Below, piece by piece: positions 52,839 to 64,000 of a stretch of DNA of 64,000 nt; within the stretch, counting starts at the first letter, position 1, and each line of letters opens with the position of its first letter. The stretch is from Octopus vulgaris (lineage: Eukaryota), in NCBI GenBank assembly GCA_951406725.2, contig OX597839.1:23560001-23624000 (forward strand), given 5' to 3'. The position numbers and the translations under genes are program-made. The notes beneath the pieces were generated by a model. The model did not search any database, had not been told where the DNA came from, and was given only the letters and a program-made list of their open reading frames with translations.

Positions 52839-54088
52839 TCCTATCTTGAAGGAGTTACATCTCTGTGAACCAGACGACTGATGTGTATAAAGATAGATGC
52901 ATAAAGATCGTATGCAAATGGATCATCATGAAATGAAACCAGTCGAATGATTAGAATCTGTGTTTGTGTTTCCATTATGTTTTACTGAACTGAGGAATCG
53001 TAACGGATCGCAAAAGACAGAAAGGAAAGAAAACCAAACAATCCGGAATCATGAGAGAGGTTCCGTTTTATGTTTATTTTGTTTGTTTATATGTATATCT
53101 TTACACACACGCACACACACACACTCACAAGTATAAATGTATACATATGCACACACAGAAACACATATATGTATACTTACATATACACTTACTCACAGAT
53201 ATACATACACATACACACACATACACACAAGCACATATATTCGCATACACGTTAATACACATACACACACATACAAGTATATGCACACATACACATAAAC
53301 ACACATATGCATACACACACATATACACATACATACTCATAGACATACATACATGTAGACACACATGTATACACATACACATGTAAACACAAGCACATAT
53401 ATTTGCATACACATTTATACACACAAACACATACACACATATACAAGTATATGCACACATACACATAAACACACTCATACATACGCATACACACACACAC
53501 ACACATATACACATACATACTCATAGACATACATACATGTAGACACACACGTATACACATACACATGTAAACACAAGCACATATATTTGCATACACATTT
53601 ATACACATAAACACATACACACACATACACATATACACACTCATACACATACATGTATACACATACACATGCATACACACACATATATACACATGCACAC
53701 TCATAGACATATATGTACACACACATATACACCTGCATACTTATACACATACTCATGTGTACACAAACACACATTTCGCTGAAGATATTCACGATAAATA
53801 TCACGGTAAAAATTAACGAGTTATCATCCAATCAGCATCAATTAGGTTGGAATTGCTCATACGTGAGACAGTGTTCTGTAAACACAGGTTCAAATCCATA
53901 ACTTGACATCAGATATCAAGGAAATGAAATGAAATGAAATCCAAGATTAAACACATCTCGTCTCAGGTTTCTTCCTCCGCAATTATTGCACTTAAAATCT
54001 TTAATGGATAAACTATTTTTTTCCTGCCTCCTAATCTATTAACGCATCAGTTGTTCCTATGTAAATACCCGGGTGAGCTCAGGGGAAC

Positions 54089-54326
<238 letters not shown>

Positions 54327-54399
54327 GTGTGTCTTTTATCATTCATTTATTTTCATGAAACAAATCCACCAATTTTTTGGTTAATATTTAAACCTAGTA

Positions 54400-54615
54400 A
54401 GGCAGGGAGCTGGCAGAAACGTTAGCACGCCAGGTGGAATGCTTAGCAGTATTTCGTCTGTCTTTGTGTTCTGAGTTCAAATTCTGCCAAAGTCGACTTT
54501 ACCTTTCATCTTGTCAAGTTCAATAAATTAAGTACCAGTTGCATACTGGGGTCCATCTAATCGACTGGCTCCCTCCCAAAAATTTCGGGCCTTATGCCTA
54601 GAATAGAAAAGAATA
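54400..54615 (+). mobile_element. SINE family C
   Basis: Family head and core. Confidence 0.85.
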
Positions 54616-55030
54616 TTTAAACCTGGTACTAATTCTATCAGTCTCTTTTGCCAAACCACTAAGTTTTTAGAGGCTGGATTTGGGAAAGAATTTATGTGGG
54701 CCTAGTAACAGCACTTGAAATCAACAATGCCTCAGTCATCCTGATTTATTAAAGATCTGCTTAATAACATGCTCCAAAAATGGTGCCTCCTTTCACAATA
54801 CTGAACTATCCCACCTCCCCTCCAACTCACCACTTCTTCCATTCGATCCCCTATTACTCTCCTTCCCTCTCTCTACCTTGTATTCCTTATCCCTTATTGT
54901 TCTTCCTCTACACTTCTATCCACCTCTCCCTAAGTCACCTGCATCCTCCCTCTCCTACCTATTACTCTTCCTTTTTTCCCATTTAACCTTTAAATCTCTC
55001 ATACCACAATGTGACCTGCCATCTGCCAAT

Positions 55031-55175
55031 TTTCCCTCCTGACGAAGGAAGCAAGTATTGTCTCTATACATCCATCTACTGGCTGCATATCCATGACTTT
55101 TGCACATTCCAACTGCTAATTATGAACACTACAACTATTACATGGTTCTGAGCTCCCAGAAACAGCTGTCAAGTT
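55031..55175 (+). ncRNA. Hammerhead motif with intact core boxes and decayed stems (probable PLE 3' end, ~54670-55255)
   Basis: CTGACGA 55039-55045; GGAAGC/GCTCCC; GAAAC-AGCT-GTC 55159-55170. Confidence 0.55.
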
Positions 55176-55305
55176 AAAAAACTATTCATTCTCCCCTTAG
55201 CTTTCTGCATTTTTTATACTCCATGTAAAAGTTAATTCATTTGTCGATATATATAACAGGGTGGAAAGCTGGCAGAATCATTAGCATGCCGGGTAAAATG
55301 CTTAG

Positions 55306-55745
55306 CTATTAAAATAGTGTCTGTTCAAAGAAAGCTAAAATATAAATCATTACAGTTTTGAAATCACATTCACTTAGAAATATTTCTAAATGATTAAAAT
55401 ATTGTGTTTAAAAAAAGCAAAAACAGAAATATTTACTGTAAAAAACAAATCATATTTTTTCATTGTTGAATCACTATGTCTAATCGAAAAGTAAGAGTTT
55501 CTTTCCTTTCAGGGTTAAGTTATTTGCAGAGAATTTTCCTATTATGCACTGTTTTGGGTATTTATACCCTGAAAACCCCTAATATCTCAACAACCAGTTG
55601 TCCAATTTATGCGAAACCTGTTTTATTCCATTCGTATTCAAAGGGCAACTTAATTCATAGTATTTTCCCATTATGCACCAGTTTGGCTGGGTAACATTGC
55701 AAGCAAGCAAGTAAGATTCAAGCTGACTTTTAAAGTATTATAGAT
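55306..55745 (-). mobile_element. Possible decayed Helitron-like insertion truncating a SINE C head
   Basis: Minus strand starts A|TCTATAATA; 3' hairpin and CTAG not clearly preserved. Confidence 0.35.
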
Positions 55746-57083
55746 ACACACATATACATATACATGTGTGTGTGTGTGAGTGTGTATGCAGGTATGTATG
55801 AGAGATTACATAAATGACAAAGAATGACAAGGGAACAAGAAATTATGGAATGATTGGTTTGATGGTGATTCAGCTGTTATTTCTAGCATGTGAAGTAACC
55901 ACGTTCTGTCAGTTTTGTCAGACCCAAGTGGTTTGTTGAATATCTAGAGAGAAAGAGAAAGAGAAAGAGAGAGGGGTGAGAAGGAGAGAGGGGTGAGAAA
56001 GGAGAGAGGGTAGGAGAGAAAAAGGAAGACAGGGAAACAGAGAGAGGAAGAGACCAACACCACACCAGATAAAAGTTCACTCTAAGAACGACAATCCATG
56101 ATTCCTATCCCCACCCTGACCCACGAGAAACATTCGTTGTGCAACAAACCTACCAGTTTTGCTTCCACCCAAATAACCACAGCTGTAACATCAGTTCCAA
56201 CAATAACAGAACCGTTTATCTCAGACAGAAAGTCGAAGAATTAACAAAGCCAGATTCCATTTACCATTTTCTCTGTTTTGTTTACAGAATCTAAAATTAA
56301 AATCTTTCTGTTTATTCTAAATGTACGAGTTTATTTAACAAACGAGCAATTTAATTCTGAAGATCGTTTTCTTTTTTGCCTTTTCATTTCTCTTAAGCAT
56401 TTTTTTTTAACCATTCTCAATTCCTCTCTGAATATTCGATTTTTCAATAGGCCGTGGTGTGCGAAATCTATCAATAAAAGGAAAATTACTTTACCTGTTC
56501 TATGCTATGAAATTAAATTACTTTTGCTGTGTGAAAGCCACAACATCCCTTGGGAGGTATTTGGAAGAATTCGCTACAAAAATATTGGAATATAATTCAG
56601 ATTGCCAACTTGTATAGAAGAGATGATCTTTCTTCTTCTTTGGGGTATAAATTCTTTGAAATCTCCATCAATGAGAGGATGAAAATGAATGATTTATTTT
56701 GAGTTTTTCTTTTTAATTGGTAACACAGAGAGAGAGAAAGAGAGGGAGAAGGAAAGAAAGAAGGAATAAGAAAATGAGGGAGTGGAGGTACAGGAGGAGG
56801 AGACTAAAGGGATTTGAACTGTTTTTCGTTTGATTTAATAAGGTTTATTTAATCTCAACAAAAACAGGAATTTGATACAGAAGGAGAGAAAAAGCATTGA
56901 TCAATAAGTGAAGTGTTTTAACACCTACACGCACAGACATACATATGTACTTGTGTGTGTGTGTGTGTGTGTGTTTATGTATATATATATATATATATAC
57001 ACACATATATATATGTAGATATATATATGTATGTATGTATGTATATAAATATATATATACACACACATATATATGTAGATATA

Positions 57084-57125
<42 letters not shown>

Positions 57126-57141
57126 TATATATGTAGATATA

Positions 57142-57193
<52 letters not shown>

Positions 57194-57819
57194 TGTGTGT
57201 GTATGTGTGTGTGTGTGTGTATATATATATACATATATATATATGTATATGTATATATATATAAACATATATATGTAAGTATGTTTGTATGTATGTATAT
57301 CTGTAATATGTGTATATGTATGCATACATATATATATGTGTGTGTGTGTGCGCATATATATATATATGTATGTATGTTTGTATGTATGTATATCTGTAAT
57401 ATGCATATATGTATGCATACATATATGTGTGTGTATGTGTGTATGTGTGTGTGTATACACACACATATATATATATTTATAGAAATAATTAGTGTATGAT
57501 TTAACTTATTAAACGAAGTTCAATAAAATATTTATATTCATATTTGTATAAATGGAGAGGATTAGGTGTTAAAATGGATTATAGTTTTTATTTTTCATGT
57601 TGCTGTACAATTTGTCTCATACAAAAAGACTCAGATATTGATAATAGAAAAATCAGAATAGTCAAATTTGTATTCATCGGTAGCTGGGATAAAAGCTAAA
57701 AAAGGCGTTAGAAGTACGTAGGTTTTTCTCTTCATTATCATATTGTAATAATGTGTTCGTTCTTGCAGTCATGCCGTTTTGAATCCAGACTAAAAAATAT
57801 ATAAGTAGGTGCTAATATA

Positions 57820-58373
57820 TCTATATATATAAAACTGTAGTTGTGTGAGTGTCTGTCCCCTTCGATTTAGATTCCTAACTACTCCCACATTTTGCAGTGC
57901 AGTTTAACCAAATTCGGGTATCTTATAGTCGTGATTCATATCGAGCCCGTCTGGGTATTAGCGCGTGTCTACGATGAGTCTACGATTTAAAAAATAATTT
58001 AACATCATTTTTTATTCCATTTTAATGCATAATTTTTCATGTGTCGATGGCGGCGGAGTTGGCGTCCATGGTCACACCTGCACCTGTGTTGCTTCTCCCC
58101 CTTCTTCCCTCCCTCGTGAAGCTGTGGGGAAGGGAGTGTAAGGAAATCAACGTCGTAAAGCGTTGTCAAGGAGACCAGCGTTCTTTTAGAACAACGACTT
58201 CATGGCTTGAAGACACCAAAACAGAAAATGTCTACGATGAGTCAACGATTTAAAAAAAAAATTATCATAATTTTTTATTCCATTTTTAATGCATTTTTTT
58301 GCTATAACTCTCTAAAAATGCTTATATAGTTATTTCCCTTACAAACCCGAGCAACGCCGGGCGATACTGCTTG
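57820..58373 (+). mobile_element. Non-autonomous Helitron
   Basis: A|TCTATATATATAAAACTG ... CCCGAGCAACGCCGGG hairpin ... CTTG|T (CTAG in the 19489 copy); internal direct repeat GTCTACGATGAGTC.ACGATTTAAAAA. Confidence 0.85.
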
Positions 58374-58594
58374 TATAACATAAAAAAAACTGACATTCTC
58401 TTAATGAATTCCTGTATGTCTGTGTATTTGAAACTCGTTAAATGAATTATATTACTGGTCAGGCTGTATTTGTATGTATAATGAGGAATCCAAATAAGAG
58501 CGTCAATGAACTTTCAAATACATATTTAATTTTTACTTAACCATCAATTATCCTTTCGACTTAAGAAATTTTAGGAAGAATGGTGTTTAATAGT

Positions 58595-59000
58595 ATTCCC
58601 TGGGCATGGACACATTGAAACTCCGATGTCTGGCAGCTGACTTGGCAGACACCCATAAAATTATCAACCATCGTACAAACAATAACTCTGAGCACCTTTT
58701 CAAACTCCACCCATCTAACACCCGTGGACATATTTACAAAGTAAGAAAACAGCACAGCTCCCATGACTTCAGGAAACATTTTTTCACGCTGAGAGTTGCT
58801 GAAGCATGGAACAAACTGCCGGCATCAGTTGTTTGTTGTCGGAGCACTGCATCCTTCAAAACTTCCATGCTTCCTGAGATTCGCCAACACTACACCTGAT
58901 TTTCTCCCCTCCATACACACACAAGCATGTACTTTATATGCACTTTCTGACAAGTTGTGGTGCACCTGAGCACTGTATACAATAATTTCATTATTATATT
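58595..59000 (+). mobile_element. CR1-type LINE 3' end
   Basis: NTRGHIYKVRK..RKHFFTLRVAEAWNKLP..ASFK; short UTR and ATT tail. Confidence 0.85.
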
Positions 59001-59157
59001 ATATTATTTTCAGGTTTATAAAATTTATAAGTGTTATATGTCATAATTAATTATTTCTATACAAGTTTTCATACCTGTATGAATTCAAAAGTGAAGTATG
59101 AAGAAAAGTCATTAGAAATCTTTGGAAATTATTTCAATTAAAGGATGAACCCACATC

Positions 59158-59410
59158 CATCATCATCATCATCATCATCATTTAGCATCCACTTTCCATG
59201 CCAGCATGGGTTGGACGGTTCAACTGGGGTCTGGGAAGCCAGAAGGCTGCGCCAGGCCCAGTCTGATCTGGCAGTGTTTCTACAGCTGGATGCCCTTCCT
59301 AATGCCAACCACTCCGTGAGTGTAGTGGGTGCTTTTTACGTGCCACCTGCACAGGTGCCAGACGAGGCTGGCAAATGGCCACGATCAGATGCTGCTTTTT
59401 ACGTGCCATC
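59158..59410 (-). mobile_element. RTE-type LINE 3' end
   Basis: Family sequence. Confidence 0.85.
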
Positions 59411-59604
59411 TGATAAAAATATATACGTAAAAAAATATATATGATATATAAAAAAATTTATATATATAGTTAATGGCTATTGAAAAGGTTGCAATACGCA
59501 ACAAAAATTTTAGGAAAAATAAATAAGTAAATGAGTGGAAACTTTACCTGTGAGTGTGTTAAATAATAAGGCACTAAAAGAGAATGACTCTCTCCAGACA
59601 CAGC

Positions 59605-59678
<74 letters not shown>

Positions 59679-59682
<4 letters not shown>

Positions 59683-59929
59683 GTTGGTGCATAATTATTG
59701 CAGCTTTTTTTCAACAAATTTTATTTAACAAAAACAATAACAATATTTTACAAAAACATTTTTAAATGACGGTCTGACCGTCTGCCAAGCAAATGGGAAG
59801 CAGTAATTGAAGTAGATGGTGAATATACTCCAGAATAATCATTTAAAGATGTTTTTGTTACATGTTGTTATTGTTTTTGTTGAATAAAATTTGTTGAAAA
59901 AAATCTGCAATAATTATGCACCAAGCCAA
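59679..59929. mobile_element. mariner-derived MITE
   Basis: Inverted arms of ~60-90 bp starting TTGGGTTGGTGCATAATTATTGCAG, in TA; core encodes DRLPSKWEAVIEVDGEYTPE* (mariner C-terminus). Confidence 0.88.
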
Positions 59930-60012
59930 TATATATAGATATATACATACATATATATATATTTGTTCCACGACCTCGCGTTGTTGTGTTTTTTGTGCTT
60001 TCTTGTTTGGAT

Positions 60013-60050
<38 letters not shown>

Positions 60051-60391
60051 AAAAAGGAGATGTGGAACACGAGTTGTGATATATAAAAAAAGGAAATGAA
60101 GAAAATGCTGACAAAATAATTTAAGTAAGGGAGAGTGTATTTAATTAGGTGAAAGTTCTTTTTACCGGTTGTGCATTTGTTATGCTTATCAAAAGATATT
60201 TTTTTAAGAGAGATAGAGTTCCTTTCTGATAGATTTTTTTCTCTTATCAGAAAAAATATATATATATATATATATATATTTGAGAAAAGAAAAAGAATGA
60301 CTTCACTAGTAGCTCTAACCAGTTTAATTTATTATTTAAAAATGTTTTTGCTAATATAAATTTTAGTTCATAGATCTAGCATATATGTATA

Positions 60392-60447
<56 letters not shown>

Positions 60448-61396
60448 TGTATGTATGTATGTATGTATGTATGTATGTATGTATGTATGTATGTATGTAT
60501 GTATACATATACGTATCTGAGAGTTCTTTGCTGGTTTCCGGTTTATTTTCCTCTGTATCATTGTATTTGTCAAAGAAAAAAACTTTCCATCTGATTCTTT
60601 TTGTGAAATCATGGAATTTATCTCAAAAATTAAATTATTTATTTTGAAAATGGGGAATATGATTTCTTGTAATGAAATAAACTTTTAAATAAATTTTATT
60701 GCAAGATGCCTTATGTTATTCAACACCAGATCTTTTTTTTTTTTTTTTTCATGGAACAGTAGCGTTCCTCAAAAACTACTTTCACAAAAAAGTCATAGAA
60801 TGTAAAGTAAGTATCAAACAATATTCTACGATTCAAGGCACTTTGGATGGGCTGGGGCTTCTATGTGAAGCCGGTGCAGAGAACAGCCATGAACCCACGT
60901 TATTTGTCAGGTCGTTTCAATTAATTTTGAAAATAATGAAAGAATCTGGTGAAATAATTTTGTCATTATTAATCTGGTTTTTGGAGCACAAATCAACATG
61001 AAATTTTGGTGGAAGTCTTTAACTGAGATAATTAAAAAAAAAAAAAGTCTATATCATAGAACCAACGGTCACATTGGGTAGGTTGATATCAAGAGAGGAA
61101 AATGGTCTATTTTCCGGTAGTCTGCCTCTGATAATGCAATGATATATTCCACATTTAAAGAGTCTTTTAAAAATGAAGACATATTTTTTCCTTCAGACTG
61201 AAATGTTTTCTATTCAACATCAGAGGCAAATATGATCAAACTTTGAAGAGATTCCTCATTGTTGGTTCCACATGATTATTCTATTGTGTGAAAGAGAGAG
61301 AGAGAAAGAGAGAGACAAAAAGAGAAAGAGAGAGGGAGATTGAGTGTGAATGCAATAGCAGTTATACCAATCAATAACTAAAGCTTTTGTATGTAT

Positions 61397-61443
<47 letters not shown>

Positions 61444-61489
61444 CACACACATGCACACATATGCATGCACCATGGTATGTATGGTGTTT

Positions 61490-61811
61490 TTAGCAAACAG
61501 AAAGACAGACAGACAGGCAGACAGACAGAAAGACAGACAGGCAGACAGACAGACAGACAGGCAGACAGACAGGTGTGCAGACAAACAGAAAGGAAGACAG
61601 AGAGATGGATACATTTAGACACAGAAATATATTGATAGACAGTTTGACAGACAAACAGACAGATCGATAGATGGGTAGCTATATAGAAAGAGATAAAGAT
61701 AGAGATAGAGATAGACAGATGGATAGGTGGATGGATAGAAAGACAGACAGACAGATAGGTAAGTAGGGGTAGATGAATGCATGAACACAGACAGGTAGAT
61801 AGATAGATAAG

Positions 61812-61842
<31 letters not shown>

Positions 61843-61918
61843 TGATAGATAGATAGATAGATAGATAGATAGACAGACAGCCAGACAGACAAACAGACAG
61901 ACTGACAGATAGATAGAT

Positions 61919-61996
<78 letters not shown>

Positions 61997-62150
61997 GTGG
62001 GTAGATAGATGAGTAGATAGATAGATAGATAGAAAGATAGATAGAGAGAGGTAGATAGATAGATAGATAGATATATATAGATAAGTAGATAGATAGATAG
62101 ATACATAAGTGGGTAGGTAGGTAGATAGATGGGTAGATAGATAGAGAGAG

Positions 62151-62191
<41 letters not shown>

Positions 62192-62251
62192 TATATAGAT
62201 AAGTAGATAGATAGATAGATACATAGGTGGGTAGGTAGGTAGATAGATGGG

Positions 62252-62341
<90 letters not shown>

Positions 62342-62370
62342 TATCTAGATGGATGGATGGGTGGATGGAT
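61490..62370. repeat. (GACA)n/(GATA)n tract
   Basis: Direct inspection. Confidence 0.95.
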
Positions 62371-62621
62371 AGAGAGGATTAGAAAGGAAACGTTAGTAGT
62401 TCATTGATTTCCTTCATTGTTCTCGTTCTTTAGAAAGTCATCTCAACCAAGATTACCCCCCCCCCCCTCTTCTTCCCTTCACCCCACCCCCCACTCTTCA
62501 ACAATTTTCTTTTTGACAGTCACTGATGCTAATGACTACACAAGTTGGGTATGCAGTTCGGATTACATGCACACATAAACATATATACATCTATATATCA
62601 TACATATATATATATATATAT

Positions 62622-62731
<110 letters not shown>

Positions 62732-62742
62732 CAAATACACTC

Positions 62743-62786
<44 letters not shown>

Positions 62787-63099
62787 TCTCAGCACACATG
62801 CACACATTTTCTCCTTCTCTTCTTTGCAATACTTCTAAACTGTCAAGGTACCCCAGACAGGTACCCAATAATACATATATTATACATCCTACACCTCATT
62901 CTGTGGATATAATGTACATCAATAAACATTCAACACTTTCCTTTAGCGGTGAAAAGAAAGAAAACACAGCTAAATGCACAAACAACCAGAAATTGCTGCT
63001 GCTGCTGCTGCTGTTGTTGATGATGATGATGATGCTGTCCTCTTCCTCCTCACCTTCCTCCTCCTCCAGCGTTTTACTTTGTGTGTGAGTGGATCAAGA

Positions 63100-63280
63100 A
63101 TTTTAGCCCTTTAGCGTTTAAACTGGCCATGTCTGCCCAAAATGATGAACCTATTTTATCTTCAAACCAGCCAGATCCGGCCTCTCACACCTACCCTACA
63201 ATGTCATTCTAAAAATGCACCAATCACATCATCGAAATCTCTGAACCATGAGATAATACAAGATTAATTCAAAACAACAT
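63100..63280 (-). mobile_element. Dispersed monomer of the MITE arrayed at 11-13 kb
   Basis: CCTCTCACACCTACCCTACAATGTCATTCTAAAAA is the reverse complement of the array core. Confidence 0.8.
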
Positions 63281-63282
63281 CA

Positions 63283-63660
63283 CAGAAGTGGCTGTGTGGT
63301 AAGTAGCTTGCTTACCAACCACATGGTTCTGGGTTAAGTCCCACTGCATGGCACCTTGGGCAAGTGTTTTCTGCTTTAGCCTTGGGCTGACCAATGCCTT
63401 GTGAGTGGATTCAGTAGACAGAAACTGAAAGAAGCCTGTCATATATGTGTGTGTGTGTGTGTGTGTGTGTTTGTTCCCTCACCATCAATTGACAACCGAT
63501 GTTGGTGTGTTTACGTCCCTGTAACCTAGTGGTTCGGCAAAAGAAACCAATAGAATAAGTACTAGGCTTACAAAGAATAAGTCATGGGGTCAATTTGTTC
63601 TTCTGAAGGTGGTACTCCAGTATGGCCATAATTAAATGACTGAAACAAGTAAAAGAGCAA
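63283..63660 (+). mobile_element. SINE family A, older copy
   Basis: Family sequence. Confidence 0.88.
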
Positions 63661-63813
63661 ATAAGCATTACATTCAACAGAGTAATCGGAATGTTAAACG
63701 GTTAATATTAATGATACACGCCTCAGTAAAATATATCTATATTAAGTATTTTATCTGTTTTAAGTTCAAACTAGCTGCATCTGGCTTCTCAAACCTACCC
63801 TACAATGTCATTC

Positions 63814-64000
63814 TGTGGCTGTGTGGTAAGTAGCTTGCTAACCAACCACATGATTCCGGGTTCAGTCCCACTGCGTGGCATCTTGGGCAAGTGTCTTCTG
63901 CTATAGCCCCGGGCCGACCAATGCCTTGTGAGTGGATTTGGTAGACGGAAACTGAAAGAAGCCTGTCGTATATATGTATATATATATAAGTGTGTGTGTG
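63814..64000 (+). mobile_element. SINE family A, cut by the window edge
   Basis: Family head. Confidence 0.9.

Noticed and set aside
53060-53075. ATGAGAGAG (MRE, tubulin-like start)
   Set aside because: Followed by a weak donor (GTTCCG) and no tubulin sequence

Overview
Repeat-dominated, AT-rich animal genomic DNA. The SINE, MITE and LINE repertoire and the microsatellite load point to an Octopus-like cephalopod (inference, no search run). I found no intact protein-coding gene: almost all listed ORFs are read-throughs of microsatellites or SINEs. The window contains three tRNA-derived SINE families, 3' ends of RTE, CR1 and R4/Dong-like LINEs, several Penelope-like element (PLE) relics, decayed Tc1/mariner/maT transposases, hAT, mariner and piggyBac-like MITEs, non-autonomous Helitrons and two TE-derived tandem arrays. 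A possible promoter and first exon ending ATG|GTAAGT lies at ~29.5-30.55 kb. The most notable signal is a set of about six type I hammerhead ribozyme motifs plus three unrelated fold-back elements sitting in (TA)n tracts. One of these (50.9-51.4 kb) has an intact hammerhead core on each strand, and another (39.6-40.0 kb) has a retrozyme-like 361-bp unit with terminal redundancy. Boundaries were read by eye, and those of decayed copies are approximate.
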